A stretch of 64,000 nt of DNA from Burkholderiales bacterium (GTDB lineage: Bacteria > Pseudomonadota > Gammaproteobacteria > Burkholderiales > Burkholderiaceae_C). The DNA lies in assembly GCA_038208735.1 (NCBI GenBank), contig JBBQYL010000001.1, positions 489-64,488 of the forward strand, read 5' to 3'. The notes beneath the pieces were generated by a model. It saw only the letters and a list, made by a program, of their open reading frames with translations. It ran no database searches and had not been told where the DNA came from. A program made the translations under genes and the position numbers. Of this stretch, positions 46,374 through 55,446 are shown piece by piece (within the stretch, counting starts at the first letter, position 1; each line of letters starts with the position of its first letter).

Positions 46374-46904
46374 TCAGTCGCCCGCGGGGCCCGACGCGCC
46401 GTGGTGGCCGTGCTCGCCGCCGGGGCCGCCAGGGCCGAAGCCGTCCGGGCCGAAGAAGCCGTGGTGCTTCGCGGCGAACTCGCGCACCTGTGCCTGCTGC
46501 GCGGCGTTGAGGCTGTCGAAGAAATCGCCGCCGGCGGTGATCAGCGCGGGGCTGTCGGCCTGGATCTTGGCCACGTGCTTGTTCACCAGCGCCTGGGCGC
46601 CGGCGCGGTCGAACGTGTTGCCGGCGATCAGCGTGGCCATCGCGGCGTGCGGATCGGCACCGGCCTGGGGCGCGTGGTCGGCCAGCATCAGGTCGCCCAG
46701 GACCTTGAGCTTGGCGGCCTGGTTGGCGTCGAGGTTCAGGCGCTTGCCGATGTGTTCCAGCATCCTGGCCTCGTGCTGGGCCATCTGCTCGGCCGACGGC
46801 GGGCCGTGGTGGAAGCCGACGCCTTGCGAGTAGGCGGCGAGGCTGCCGAACAGGGCGGAGGAGACTGCCACACCGACCAGGGTGCGCTTCAGCCAGTTCT
46901 TCAT
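46374..46904 (-). CDS. Spy/CpxP-family periplasmic chaperone
   Basis: Signal peptide, His/Gly-rich ends, LNLDANQ and LNAAQQ LTxxQ-like motifs; first gene of the RR-HK unit. Confidence 0.85.
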   Translation of the reverse strand: MKNWLKRTLVGVAVSSALFGSLAAYSQGVGFHHGPPSAEQMAQHEARMLEHIGKRLNLDANQAAKLKVLGDLMLADHAPQAGADPHAAMATLIAGNTFDRAGAQALVNKHVAKIQADSPALITAGGDFFDSLNAAQQAQVREFAAKHHGFFGPDGFGPGGPGGEHGHHGASGPAGD

Positions 46905-47001
46905 GATCTTCTCTTTTCCTAGGGGTTGGGTGACGTGGCAAGAGTCGTTTTCGCCACGTCCTCATTACGCGTCAATCCGGCCGGCGCTTGCTTTCAGCGC
47001 G

Positions 47002-47026
47002 GTATCGCCGTGTTTCGTTTTGTCTC
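47002..47026 (-). promoter_or_regulatory. Three GAnAC direct repeats at 10-bp spacing, probable OmpR-family binding site
   Basis: Plus strand gtatc(47002), gtttc(47012), gtctc(47022), upstream of the spy-like gene. Confidence 0.45.
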
Positions 47027-47196
47027 GTGCGTCGGGCGGACACCGAAGATGGAATGCTGCCGCGATACTCGGCATCGGGGCAGAGCAAATCCCATGGACC
47101 GGCCCAGCTTGGCCAAACCGAAACATCAGACTGGCGCAAAGCAACCGATTCGCGCCTCATCGACACATTCCAGGCGCACCAGAGAGGCCTCAAGCA

Positions 47197-48237
47197 GTGA
47201 CCAAGAGAGCGGGCGCACCGCCCACCATCATCGACGTGGCCCGCAAGGCCGGCGTGTCGATCAAGACCGTCTCGCGCGTGATGAACAAGGAGCCCACGGT
47301 GCACGCCGACACGCGGGCCCGCGTGCTGGAGGCCGTCGCCGGGATGAACTACCGGCCGCAGCTGTCCGCGCGCAGCCTGGCCGGCGCCAGGTCGTTCCTC
47401 ATCGGCCTGCTGTACTACGACCCGAGCGCCGCCTTCGTGGCCAGCGTGCAGCAGGGTGCCACGCGCGGCTGCCGCGACGCCGGCCGCCACCTGGTGGTGG
47501 AATCGTTGCAGACCAACGGCGTCGACGTGCAGGCGCAGATCGAAGCCATGCTGTCCGCGTTGCGTCCCGACGGCATGATCCTCATTCCCCCGCTGTGCGA
47601 CAACCCGGCGATCCTCGAGGTGCTGCGCGCCAACCGCACGCCCTGCGTGCTGATCGCGCCGGCCGGGGACGGCCACGGCATGGCGCGCGTGCACATGGAC
47701 GACGCGCTGGCCGCCGAGGAGCTCACCAACCTGCTGATCAGCCTGGGGCACACGGCCATCGCGTTCATCGAGGGAGACCAGTGGGCCAGCGAACGGCGCC
47801 GCCACGGCTACGAACGCGCGCTGAAGGCGCACGGCATCGCCGTCGATCCGGCGCTGGTGGTGCCGGGCACGTTCCAGTTCGAGTCGGGCGTGGCCGGGGC
47901 GCGCACGCTGTTCGCGCTGCCGCATCCGCCCACGGCCATCTTCGCGGCCAACGACGACATGGCGCTGGGCGCGCTCACCGAGGCGCAGCGCCTGGGCCTG
48001 TCGGTGCCGCACGACGTGGCCATCGTGGGCTTCGACGATTCGCGCGCCGCCACGCTGGTGTGGCCCGAGCTCACCACCGTGCGCCAGCCGCTGGCCGAGA
48101 TGGCCATGGCCGCGGTCGGCATGCTGCTGTCCGGCGAGGCCCAGGCCGACGAGCGCCACGCCGCGCCGGTGCGCGTGCTGCCGCACGAGGTGGTGGTACG
48201 CGGGTCGTCGTCGGCGCCGCCGCGGGGGCGCGCTTGA
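47197..48237 (+). CDS. LacI-family transcriptional regulator (copy 1)
   Basis: TIIDVARKAGVSIKTVSRVMN, YRPQLSARSLAG, AIFAANDDMALG, AIVGFDD. Confidence 0.95.
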   Translation: MTKRAGAPPTIIDVARKAGVSIKTVSRVMNKEPTVHADTRARVLEAVAGMNYRPQLSARSLAGARSFLIGLLYYDPSAAFVASVQQGATRGCRDAGRHLVVESLQTNGVDVQAQIEAMLSALRPDGMILIPPLCDNPAILEVLRANRTPCVLIAPAGDGHGMARVHMDDALAAEELTNLLISLGHTAIAFIEGDQWASERRRHGYERALKAHGIAVDPALVVPGTFQFESGVAGARTLFALPHPPTAIFAANDDMALGALTEAQRLGLSVPHDVAIVGFDDSRAATLVWPELTTVRQPLAEMAMAAVGMLLSGEAQADERHAAPVRVLPHEVVVRGSSSAPPRGRA

Positions 48238-48668
48238 GCGAGCTGGCGTTCAGGCGCGCCGCCGAGACCGACATCCCCGCGATGTCGCTCATCCGCCTCG
48301 CCGTGCGCGAGAACGCGCTGTCCAACCCGGCGCGCATTACCGAGGCGATGTACCGGGACTACCTTGACGCCCTGGGTCGCGGCTGGGTGGCCGAGCTCGA
48401 CGGTGAGATCATCGGCTTCTCGTACGCCGACCGCACCGACGCGTCGATCTGGGCGTTGTTCGTCGACCCGGCGCGCGAGGGCCTGGGCGCCGGCAGCCGG
48501 TTGCTTCGTCTGGCGGTGGACTGGCTGTTCGAGATCGGCAACGACGAGGTGCGGCTGGGCACGCAGGCGGACACCCGGGCCGATCGCTTCTACGCCGCGC
48601 AGGGGTGGACGTGCGAGGGCATGCGTGACGCCATCGAGGTGGGGTACCGGCTGCGCCGGACCCCTTGA
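48234..48668 (+). CDS. GNAT acetyltransferase
   Basis: TTG overlaps the lacI stop; IRLAVRENALS, IWALFVDP..EGLGAGSRLL, ADRFY. Confidence 0.85.
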   Translation: MSELAFRRAAETDIPAMSLIRLAVRENALSNPARITEAMYRDYLDALGRGWVAELDGEIIGFSYADRTDASIWALFVDPAREGLGAGSRLLRLAVDWLFEIGNDEVRLGTQADTRADRFYAAQGWTCEGMRDAIEVGYRLRRTP

Positions 48669-48692
48669 AGACAACCAAAGAGGAGAGAGAAC

Positions 48693-49544
48693 ATGGCAGG
48701 ACGTTTTTCCCGCAGCTGGAGCCTGGCCAACGCCAGCTGGCAGGTACTGAAGCAGGACACGCAGTTGCTGGTGTTCCCGCTCGTCTCGACGATCGCCGCG
48801 GTGGTGGTGGCCGGCGCCTTCGCGCTGGGCGGGCTCGGGATGTGGTCGTACGACGGCCTGTCGAGGCTGTCGGGCGAGCGGCTGCCCATGGAGTTCTACG
48901 TGCTGGGCTTCGCGTTCTACGTGTGCCTGTACTTCGTGATTTTCTTCTGCAATGCCGCGCTCGTGGGCGCGGCGATGCTGCGCTTCGACGGCGGCGTGCC
49001 CAGCGTGGGCGACGGCTTTCGAATCGCCGCGGCGCGGTCGGGTCGCATCCTGGGATATGCGCTGATCGCCGCCACCGTGGGCATGGTGCTGCGCGCCATC
49101 CAGGAGCGCGTCGGCTTCCTGGGCCGCTTCGTGGTGGGCCTGCTGGGCGTGGGCTGGACGGTCGCCACGTTCATGGTGGTGCCGGTGCTGGTGAGCCGTG
49201 ACGTCGGCCCGATCGACGCGGTCAAGGAAAGTGCCGGGCTGCTGAAGAAGACCTGGGGCGAGAACGTGATCGGCAAGGCCGGACTGGGCCTGGCCTTCCT
49301 GGTCGTCTACCTGGGCCTGGCCGTGGCCGTCGTCGCGTTGCTGGGTGGCGCCGTGGCGCTGGGCAACACGCCACTGGTGGTGACGGTCGCCGGGTTGGCG
49401 GTGGTGGCGCTGATGCTGGTCGCGCTCGCGCATGCGGCGCTCACGGGCATCTACTCGGCCGCGTTGTACCGCTACGCCACCACCGGATCGGGCGGGGCGG
49501 GGTTCGATTCGAGCGTGCTGCAGGCGGCGTTCGCGCGCAAGTAA
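48693..49544 (+). CDS. DUF6159-like membrane protein
   Basis: MAGRFSRSWSLANASWQVLKQD, FFCNAALV, VVPVLV, KESAGLLKKTWGE. Confidence 0.75.
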   Translation: MAGRFSRSWSLANASWQVLKQDTQLLVFPLVSTIAAVVVAGAFALGGLGMWSYDGLSRLSGERLPMEFYVLGFAFYVCLYFVIFFCNAALVGAAMLRFDGGVPSVGDGFRIAAARSGRILGYALIAATVGMVLRAIQERVGFLGRFVVGLLGVGWTVATFMVVPVLVSRDVGPIDAVKESAGLLKKTWGENVIGKAGLGLAFLVVYLGLAVAVVALLGGAVALGNTPLVVTVAGLAVVALMLVALAHAALTGIYSAALYRYATTGSGGAGFDSSVLQAAFARK

Positions 49545-49554
49545 CGCATCGTCT

Positions 49555-49953
49555 TCAATAGGCCGGCCCGCCGATCGGCCGCGTCCGGTCTTCCTCGAAC
49601 TGCTCAGCCCCTTCCACCGCCCGCAGCCACGGCTCGCGCCGCTTGATCCACAGCTCGTAGCCGGGCACGAACGGCGCGGGCGCCTGCGACAGCGCGCCCA
49701 GCTTGATCTCCGCCTCGCGCTCGTCCAGGGAGAACAGGCGCGAGCCGCAGCGGGTGCAGAACTGCCGGCCTTCGAACTCGGCGGTCTCGCCCGTGCGTTC
49801 GAACTGCGCGGCCGGCCAAATCCCATAGAAGGTGAACGCGGAGCCGCTCTCCTGGCGGCAGTCGGTGCAATGGCAGATGCCCACGCGGTCGGGCTCGCCG
49901 CGAAGCGAGAAGCGCACCTGTGCGCAGCGGCACTGGCCTGTGTAGATGTGCAT
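49555..49953 (-). CDS. GFA/CENP-V family Zn-binding protein
   Basis: GQCRCAQVRF, CHCTDCRQESGS, FCTRCGS. Confidence 0.9.
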   Translation of the reverse strand: MHIYTGQCRCAQVRFSLRGEPDRVGICHCTDCRQESGSAFTFYGIWPAAQFERTGETAEFEGRQFCTRCGSRLFSLDEREAEIKLGALSQAPAPFVPGYELWIKRREPWLRAVEGAEQFEEDRTRPIGGPAY

Positions 49954-49970
49954 GGCGGGTCTCCTGGCGG

Positions 49971-51065
49971 TCACGAGCGCGGCATGCGGCGTGCCGCCCG
50001 CGCCGGGGCGCTGGTGGAGTCTCGCACGATCAGCTCGTGCGGCAGCACGCGCTGCACCGCCGCGATGGTGCGCGTGCCCGGCGTGCCCTGCACGGTGGGC
50101 GTGCCGATCAGCAGGTCGACGGCCGCGCGTGCCATCGCCACCGTGGGCTGGCGCATCGTGGTGAGTGGCGGCCACACCAGGCCGCTGGCGGGCGAATCGT
50201 CGAAGCCGGCGATGGCCAGGTCGTCGGGGATCGCCAGCCCCTGGCGCTGGGCGGCGGCCAGCACGCCCAGCGCCATGTCGTCGTTGCTGGCGAACACGGC
50301 GGTGGGATGGTGGCGCAGCTTGAGCAACTGGTGGGTGGCGGCCACGCCCGATGCGAACTGGAAATCGCCGTCGATCACCAGTTCGGGCGCGATGTCCACG
50401 CGCGCCGCCTTCATCGCCTTGACGAAGCCCTGCTCGCGCAGCGCCGACGCGGCCTGGTCGGCGGCACCGCGGATGAACGCGATGCGGCGATGGCCCAGGC
50501 TCAGCAGCAGGTTGGTGATCTCCTCGGCCGCGTGCACGTCGTCCATGCGCACGCTGGGCATGTCCTTGCGCTGGCGCGCGGGCGATACGAGCACCGTGGG
50601 CGTGCCGCTGTCGTGCAGCGTCTTGAGCACGTGTGGGTTGTCGCACAGCGGCGGCGTCAGGATCATGCCGTCGGGCCGCAGCGTGGACACCATCCGGTGC
50701 ACCTGCTCGCCCAGGTCGTGCGCATCGTTGTCCATCGACTCCACCACCAGGTGGTAGCCCGCCTCGCGGCAGCGCATCGTGGCGCCCTGCTGCACGCCCG
50801 AGACGAAGGCCGCGCTGGGGTCGAAGTACAGCAGGCCGATGAGGAACGAGCGCGCGCCTGCCAGGCTGCGCGCCGACTGGCTGGGCCGGTAGCGCAGGTC
50901 GGTCATCACCTGCAGCACCTTGGCGCGGGTGTCGGGCCGCACGCCGGCCTCGTTGTTCATCACGCGCGAGACGGTCTTGATCGACACGCCGGCCACCTCG
51001 GCCACGTCGCTGATGGTGGTGGAGGCGGCCGGCGGCGTGGCCGATGGCGTGCGGGGGGTCGCCAT
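49971..51065 (-). CDS. LacI-family transcriptional regulator (copy 2)
   Basis: TISDVAEVAGVSIKTVSRVMN, YRPSQSARSLAG, AVFASNDDMALG. Start overlaps the halogenase stop (TGATG). Confidence 0.95.
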   Translation of the reverse strand: MATPRTPSATPPAASTTISDVAEVAGVSIKTVSRVMNNEAGVRPDTRAKVLQVMTDLRYRPSQSARSLAGARSFLIGLLYFDPSAAFVSGVQQGATMRCREAGYHLVVESMDNDAHDLGEQVHRMVSTLRPDGMILTPPLCDNPHVLKTLHDSGTPTVLVSPARQRKDMPSVRMDDVHAAEEITNLLLSLGHRRIAFIRGAADQAASALREQGFVKAMKAARVDIAPELVIDGDFQFASGVAATHQLLKLRHHPTAVFASNDDMALGVLAAAQRQGLAIPDDLAIAGFDDSPASGLVWPPLTTMRQPTVAMARAAVDLLIGTPTVQGTPGTRTIAAVQRVLPHELIVRDSTSAPARAARRMPRS

Positions 51066-52639
51066 CAGGCGGCGCTCCGTTCGGGCGTACCGGTCGGCAC
51101 GGCGCCGCGCACGCACATCGCCTCCACCAGCGCGCGGTGGTCGGGCAGGTCGGCCGCCGCGCGGCGCGCCACCTGGGCGATCATCGCGAACTCCAGGCGC
51201 GCCTCGGCCGCCCGCGGCCATGCGGGACGCGCGCGCGCCAGGTCGGTCGGATACCCCATGCCGTACAGAACGTACTGCCAGCTGGAGGGCGGGTACATCT
51301 CCAGGTCGGCGATGAAGTCGAGCCGGTGCGGCGGGCGGCAGCGCCAGCGCGCCAGCAGGTCGCGCAGCGTGGGCGTCCACGAGGCCGGGTCGGCGTTGTC
51401 GCGCCAGAACGCGGTGTCGTCGCGCCGCGTGAGCGCATAGTGCAGCTTGAGGAAGTCGACGATGCGCTCGAAGCGCGCGCGCATCTGCTCGTTGAACGCG
51501 TGGGCGACCGGCGCGAGGTTGCCGTCGGCGGGCAGCAGGAAGCCGATCAGGTAGGCGGCCGCCTCGATCAGGCCGATGCCCGAGCTCTCCAGCGGTTCCA
51601 GGAAGCCGGCCGACAGGCCCACGGCCACGCAGTTGCCGATCCACTGGGTCTCGCGGTAGCCCACGTCCAGCTTCAGCGCGCGCGGTGTCAACCCGTTGGC
51701 GGCCGGGCCGATGTAGCGGCGCAGCGTGCGCTCGGCGGCGGCGTCGTCGGCGTGGCGGCTCGAATAGACGTAGCCGATGCCGCGTCGACGCTGCAGGCCG
51801 ATGTCCCAGGTCCAGCCGGCCTCGTGGGCGGTCGAGATCGTGTACGACGGGATCGGCGTGTCGGACGCGGCGTAGGGAACCTGCATCGCCAGCGCGCGAT
51901 CGACGAACAGCACGTCGTTCAACGGCTTGCGCTTCGCGCCCAGCGCATCGCCGATCAACGCGGCGCGGAAGCCGGTGCAGTCCACGTACAGGTCGGCGCT
52001 GATGGCCCCGCGTTCGAGCGTGACGACGGCGGCGATGTGGCCGTCGTCCTCGCGCAGCTCGACGCGTTCCACCGTGGCGATCACGCGCTCCACGCCCAGC
52101 GACTGCGCGTGCGTGGCCAGCAGCGTGGCGAACTTGCCGGCGTCGAAGTGGTAGGCGTAGTTCATGGGCCCGAGCCAGTCGCCATCGCTGGCGCGCTTGG
52201 GCGCGCGAGCGGCGTCGGCCACGTGCTGCTGCATCGACACCGCGTTGGCGAACGCCCGCGGCGCGCCGTCGGCCGCACCCGCCTCGCCCAGCAGCCAGTA
52301 AGGCATCAGCTCGGGCGCGCCGGGGCGCTGGCTGGGCGGGTTGAACGGATGGAAATAGCGCTCTCCGGCGCGCGTCCAGTCGACGAAATTCACGCCCTGC
52401 TTGAACGTGGCGTCGCACTCGCGCACGAAGCGCGCCTCGTCCAGGCCGATGGCGTTGAGCGTGCCGCGGATCGAGGGGAAGGTGCCTTCGCCCACGCCGA
52501 TGATGCCGATGTCGCTGGACTCCACCAGCGTCACGCGGATGCCGCCCGCGGCCGTGCCCAGCGTGCGCGCAAGAAAAGCCGCGGTGAGCCAGCCGGCGGC
52601 GCCGCCGCCGACGACGAGGATGTGCTCGATGGGTTTCAT
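51065..52639 (-). CDS. Flavin-dependent tryptophan-halogenase-family protein
   Basis: GGGAAG, IGVGEGT, ATFKQG (catalytic Lys), YAYHFDA, GWTWDIG (WxWxI), GFLEPLESSG (catalytic Glu). Confidence 0.92.
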   Translation of the reverse strand: MKPIEHILVVGGGAAGWLTAAFLARTLGTAAGGIRVTLVESSDIGIIGVGEGTFPSIRGTLNAIGLDEARFVRECDATFKQGVNFVDWTRAGERYFHPFNPPSQRPGAPELMPYWLLGEAGAADGAPRAFANAVSMQQHVADAARAPKRASDGDWLGPMNYAYHFDAGKFATLLATHAQSLGVERVIATVERVELREDDGHIAAVVTLERGAISADLYVDCTGFRAALIGDALGAKRKPLNDVLFVDRALAMQVPYAASDTPIPSYTISTAHEAGWTWDIGLQRRRGIGYVYSSRHADDAAAERTLRRYIGPAANGLTPRALKLDVGYRETQWIGNCVAVGLSAGFLEPLESSGIGLIEAAAYLIGFLLPADGNLAPVAHAFNEQMRARFERIVDFLKLHYALTRRDDTAFWRDNADPASWTPTLRDLLARWRCRPPHRLDFIADLEMYPPSSWQYVLYGMGYPTDLARARPAWPRAAEARLEFAMIAQVARRAAADLPDHRALVEAMCVRGAVPTGTPERSAA

Positions 52640-52745
52640 GAGGCTCGTCTCCAGCGCGGTGGCGGCGTGTGCGCCCCGTCGTTTGTCGGTGCGCGGCGAC
52701 GTCTCGGCATTTACCCGTAGACGCTCGCAGCGCTTCTTATAGCGA

Positions 52746-52811
52746 ATCATAACGGCAAGAAGACAACGCTGTCATTTGATCGTTGACAGCGTTGTCATCG
52801 CTGGGCATCAT
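52746..52811. promoter_or_regulatory. Divergent promoters with two inverted LacI-type operators
   Basis: AGACAACGCTGTCA (52761-52774) and TGACAGCGTTGTCA (52784-52797). Plus promoter TTGACA-N17-CATCAT; minus promoter ATGACA-N18-TATGAT. Each -35 lies inside an operator. Confidence 0.75.
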
Positions 52812-52891
52812 GCGATCCATTCCAGGGCCGAAGATGACTGGAAACGCCGCACAGACGGCTGTAGCTGACCCACCAAAAAACTGGAGACAAC

Positions 52892-55330
52892 GTGACTACT
52901 CGCGCTCAGACATCGCGGGGCTCGCTCGCGACCCCGATCCAACTGGCCATCCTGGCCATGCTCGCAGCGACGGCCTCGGCCCAGGCACAGACGGCCACGC
53001 CGTCGGCCGCCGCTGCCAGCGCCGCCGCCGCCGCGGACACCAACGTGTTGCAGGAGGTCACCGTGACGGCGACCAAGCGCACCACCACGTTGCAGACCAC
53101 GCCGCTGGCCGTCACCGCGATCAACGCCGCGGAGCTCGACAAGGCCCACGTGCAGACGATCGCCGACATCGTCCACCTGGCGCCCAGCTTCCAGGCCACC
53201 ACCGAAGGCGACCACGGCGTCATCACGATGACCCTGCGCGGCATCGGCAATGACAGCGCCAAGACCGAATACGCCGACCCGGAAGTGGCGCTATTCGTGG
53301 ACGGCATCTACGCGCCGCGCGCCGAAGGCGCCGCCGCGCTGCTGTTCGACATGGAAGGCATCGAGGTGCTGCGCGGCCCACAGGGCACGCTGTACGGCCG
53401 CAACTCGACGGTGGGCGCCGTCAACATGAAGACGGCCAAGCCGGAGCTCTCCGGCAACTTCGGCAACCTCGAGGTGGGACTCGGCAGCTACGATCGCCTC
53501 GGCAGCCGCGCGGCTTTCAACTTCGTGCTGAGCGACACCTTCGCGCTGCGCGCGGCCTTCGTGCACGAACAGCACGATGGGTACGTCGATTACCAGGCCG
53601 CGCCGAAAATCTCGCTGGCCGACCAGCACGCCGCCGCCGACCCGTACATCGCCTCGTTCAACACGGTGCATCCGGAACACCCTATCGCCTTCCAGCCGAT
53701 CGATCCAAATTCGTTCGTCACCACCGGCCCGAAGTACAACTCGCAGGACCAGAGCGCGGCCCGCCTGAGCTTCCTGTGGAAGCCTACGCACGACATCACC
53801 TGGAACGCGTCGTACGAAAAGTTCATCGATCGCGGCACGCCCGACATGAACCTGATGCAGACACCGCGTCCCGGCGAGAAGTTCTGGTCGGCGCTGATCA
53901 ACGTGGCACCCCAGCTGCATCGCGACGTCAACACCTTCCGCAGCCATGTCGACTGGAACCTCAGCGACTACCTGGCGCTGAACTACACCGCCGGGTATTC
54001 CGACTTCAAGGGCTCGAGCGACTTCGACCAGTCCGGCGGCGCCACGGTGCCCACCAGCTTCACCACCGGCGCCAAGGTGCAGGAAGACCGCACCAACTGG
54101 TCGCACTACAAGAACTACAGCCACGAACTGCAACTTCAGTCGGTGGGCAAGCACGATCTCGACTGGATCCTGGGCGTCTACTACGCGGCCGAGGACAACG
54201 GCATCCGCTTCGACATCCCCATCACCAACGGCACGCCGCAGGGCACCATCAACTGGCAAGGCTCGTTCGTGCAGCCCAAGGAGACGGTGCAGTCGGAGGC
54301 CGTGTTCGCGCAGGGCACGTGGAACGTGGGCGACAGCCTGCACCTGACGGCCGGCGCGCGCTTCACGTCGGACGACCGCAAGAATGAAGGCGGCATCGGC
54401 TGGGGCTGGGGCGGCACCACGATCGACGACGGCGTCCCGCAGCTGCGCATCGATCCGGGCAGCGACGCCGCCGCGCCGGGCTCGGGCTTCAACCCTGGGC
54501 ACAATGACGGCCACTACACGGGCACGAAGGCCACGTGGCTGGGCCGCGCGAACTATGACATCAGCAAGACTGCCATGGTCTACGCCAGCGTGTCCACCGG
54601 CTACAAGTCGGGCGGCCTGCAGGACGGCGGTCGCCACTACGGGCAGGAGACGCTGACCAACTACGAGGTCGGCTCGAAGAACACGCTGCTCGGCGGCACG
54701 GTCAACTGGAACAACTCGCTGTACTACGAGGACTTCAAGGACTTCCAGTTCAGCGCCCCGGTGACCAACCCGGACGGTTCGCACACGCTGGCCACCGGCA
54801 ACGTGCAGGGCGCCAAGGTGTACGGCGCGGAGACCGAACTCGCGGTCAACATCACGAAGGACGACCGCGTGCAGTTCTCGGCGGCCTACGAGCACACGCG
54901 CCTGGGCTACCTGCTGGCGGGCAGCAACGACTACTCGCTGCCCACCTGCCCCGATCCCACCATCTCGAGCTGCCTCGACGTGACCGGGCACGCGCTGCCG
55001 CACGCGCCCAAGGGTTCGTTGCAGGCGCAGTACGAGCACACGTTCCGATTCGCCAGCGGAGCCAAGGTGCAGCCGCGCGTCAACTTCCACTACGAGACGG
55101 GCAGCTGGCTGAGCGTGTTCAACATGGGTGACGGCGACCGCCAGAAGGCCTACACCCGCACCGACCTGGGCCTGCGCTACTCGGCGGCCAAGGACTGGTA
55201 CGTTGACGCGTTCGTGCAGAACGTGGAGGACGGCCGCATCAAGACCAACGCGCAGAACTCGTTCGGCGTCTGGCAGTCGCAGTACATGCCGCCGCGCACG
55301 TTCGGCATCAACGCGGGCTACGAGTTCTGA
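52892..55330 (+). CDS. TonB-dependent receptor
   Basis: Signal peptide, TonB box (EVTVTA), plug (IEVLRGPQGTLYGRNSTVGAVN), C-terminal PRTFGINAGYEF. Confidence 0.95.
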   Translation: MTTRAQTSRGSLATPIQLAILAMLAATASAQAQTATPSAAAASAAAAADTNVLQEVTVTATKRTTTLQTTPLAVTAINAAELDKAHVQTIADIVHLAPSFQATTEGDHGVITMTLRGIGNDSAKTEYADPEVALFVDGIYAPRAEGAAALLFDMEGIEVLRGPQGTLYGRNSTVGAVNMKTAKPELSGNFGNLEVGLGSYDRLGSRAAFNFVLSDTFALRAAFVHEQHDGYVDYQAAPKISLADQHAAADPYIASFNTVHPEHPIAFQPIDPNSFVTTGPKYNSQDQSAARLSFLWKPTHDITWNASYEKFIDRGTPDMNLMQTPRPGEKFWSALINVAPQLHRDVNTFRSHVDWNLSDYLALNYTAGYSDFKGSSDFDQSGGATVPTSFTTGAKVQEDRTNWSHYKNYSHELQLQSVGKHDLDWILGVYYAAEDNGIRFDIPITNGTPQGTINWQGSFVQPKETVQSEAVFAQGTWNVGDSLHLTAGARFTSDDRKNEGGIGWGWGGTTIDDGVPQLRIDPGSDAAAPGSGFNPGHNDGHYTGTKATWLGRANYDISKTAMVYASVSTGYKSGGLQDGGRHYGQETLTNYEVGSKNTLLGGTVNWNNSLYYEDFKDFQFSAPVTNPDGSHTLATGNVQGAKVYGAETELAVNITKDDRVQFSAAYEHTRLGYLLAGSNDYSLPTCPDPTISSCLDVTGHALPHAPKGSLQAQYEHTFRFASGAKVQPRVNFHYETGSWLSVFNMGDGDRQKAYTRTDLGLRYSAAKDWYVDAFVQNVEDGRIKTNAQNSFGVWQSQYMPPRTFGINAGYEF

Positions 55331-55336
55331 TGCTCC

Positions 55337-55440
55337 GCGGCGCTCTCCGCACGGCGAGCGCCGCCTCTTCTCCGAAACCGGCCGCGTCGTGGGCGGCCGG
55401 TTCTTACAGGCTGCGACCGCCGCGTCGCAGCCCCTTTTCC
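55337..55440 (+). other. Three consecutive GC-rich hairpins between the receptor and the sugar-binding protein genes
   Basis: 9-bp (55337-55364), 10-bp (55376-55402) and 9-bp (55409-55432) stems; the last is followed by ccttttcc. Confidence 0.55.
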
Positions 55441-55446
55441 AACACC

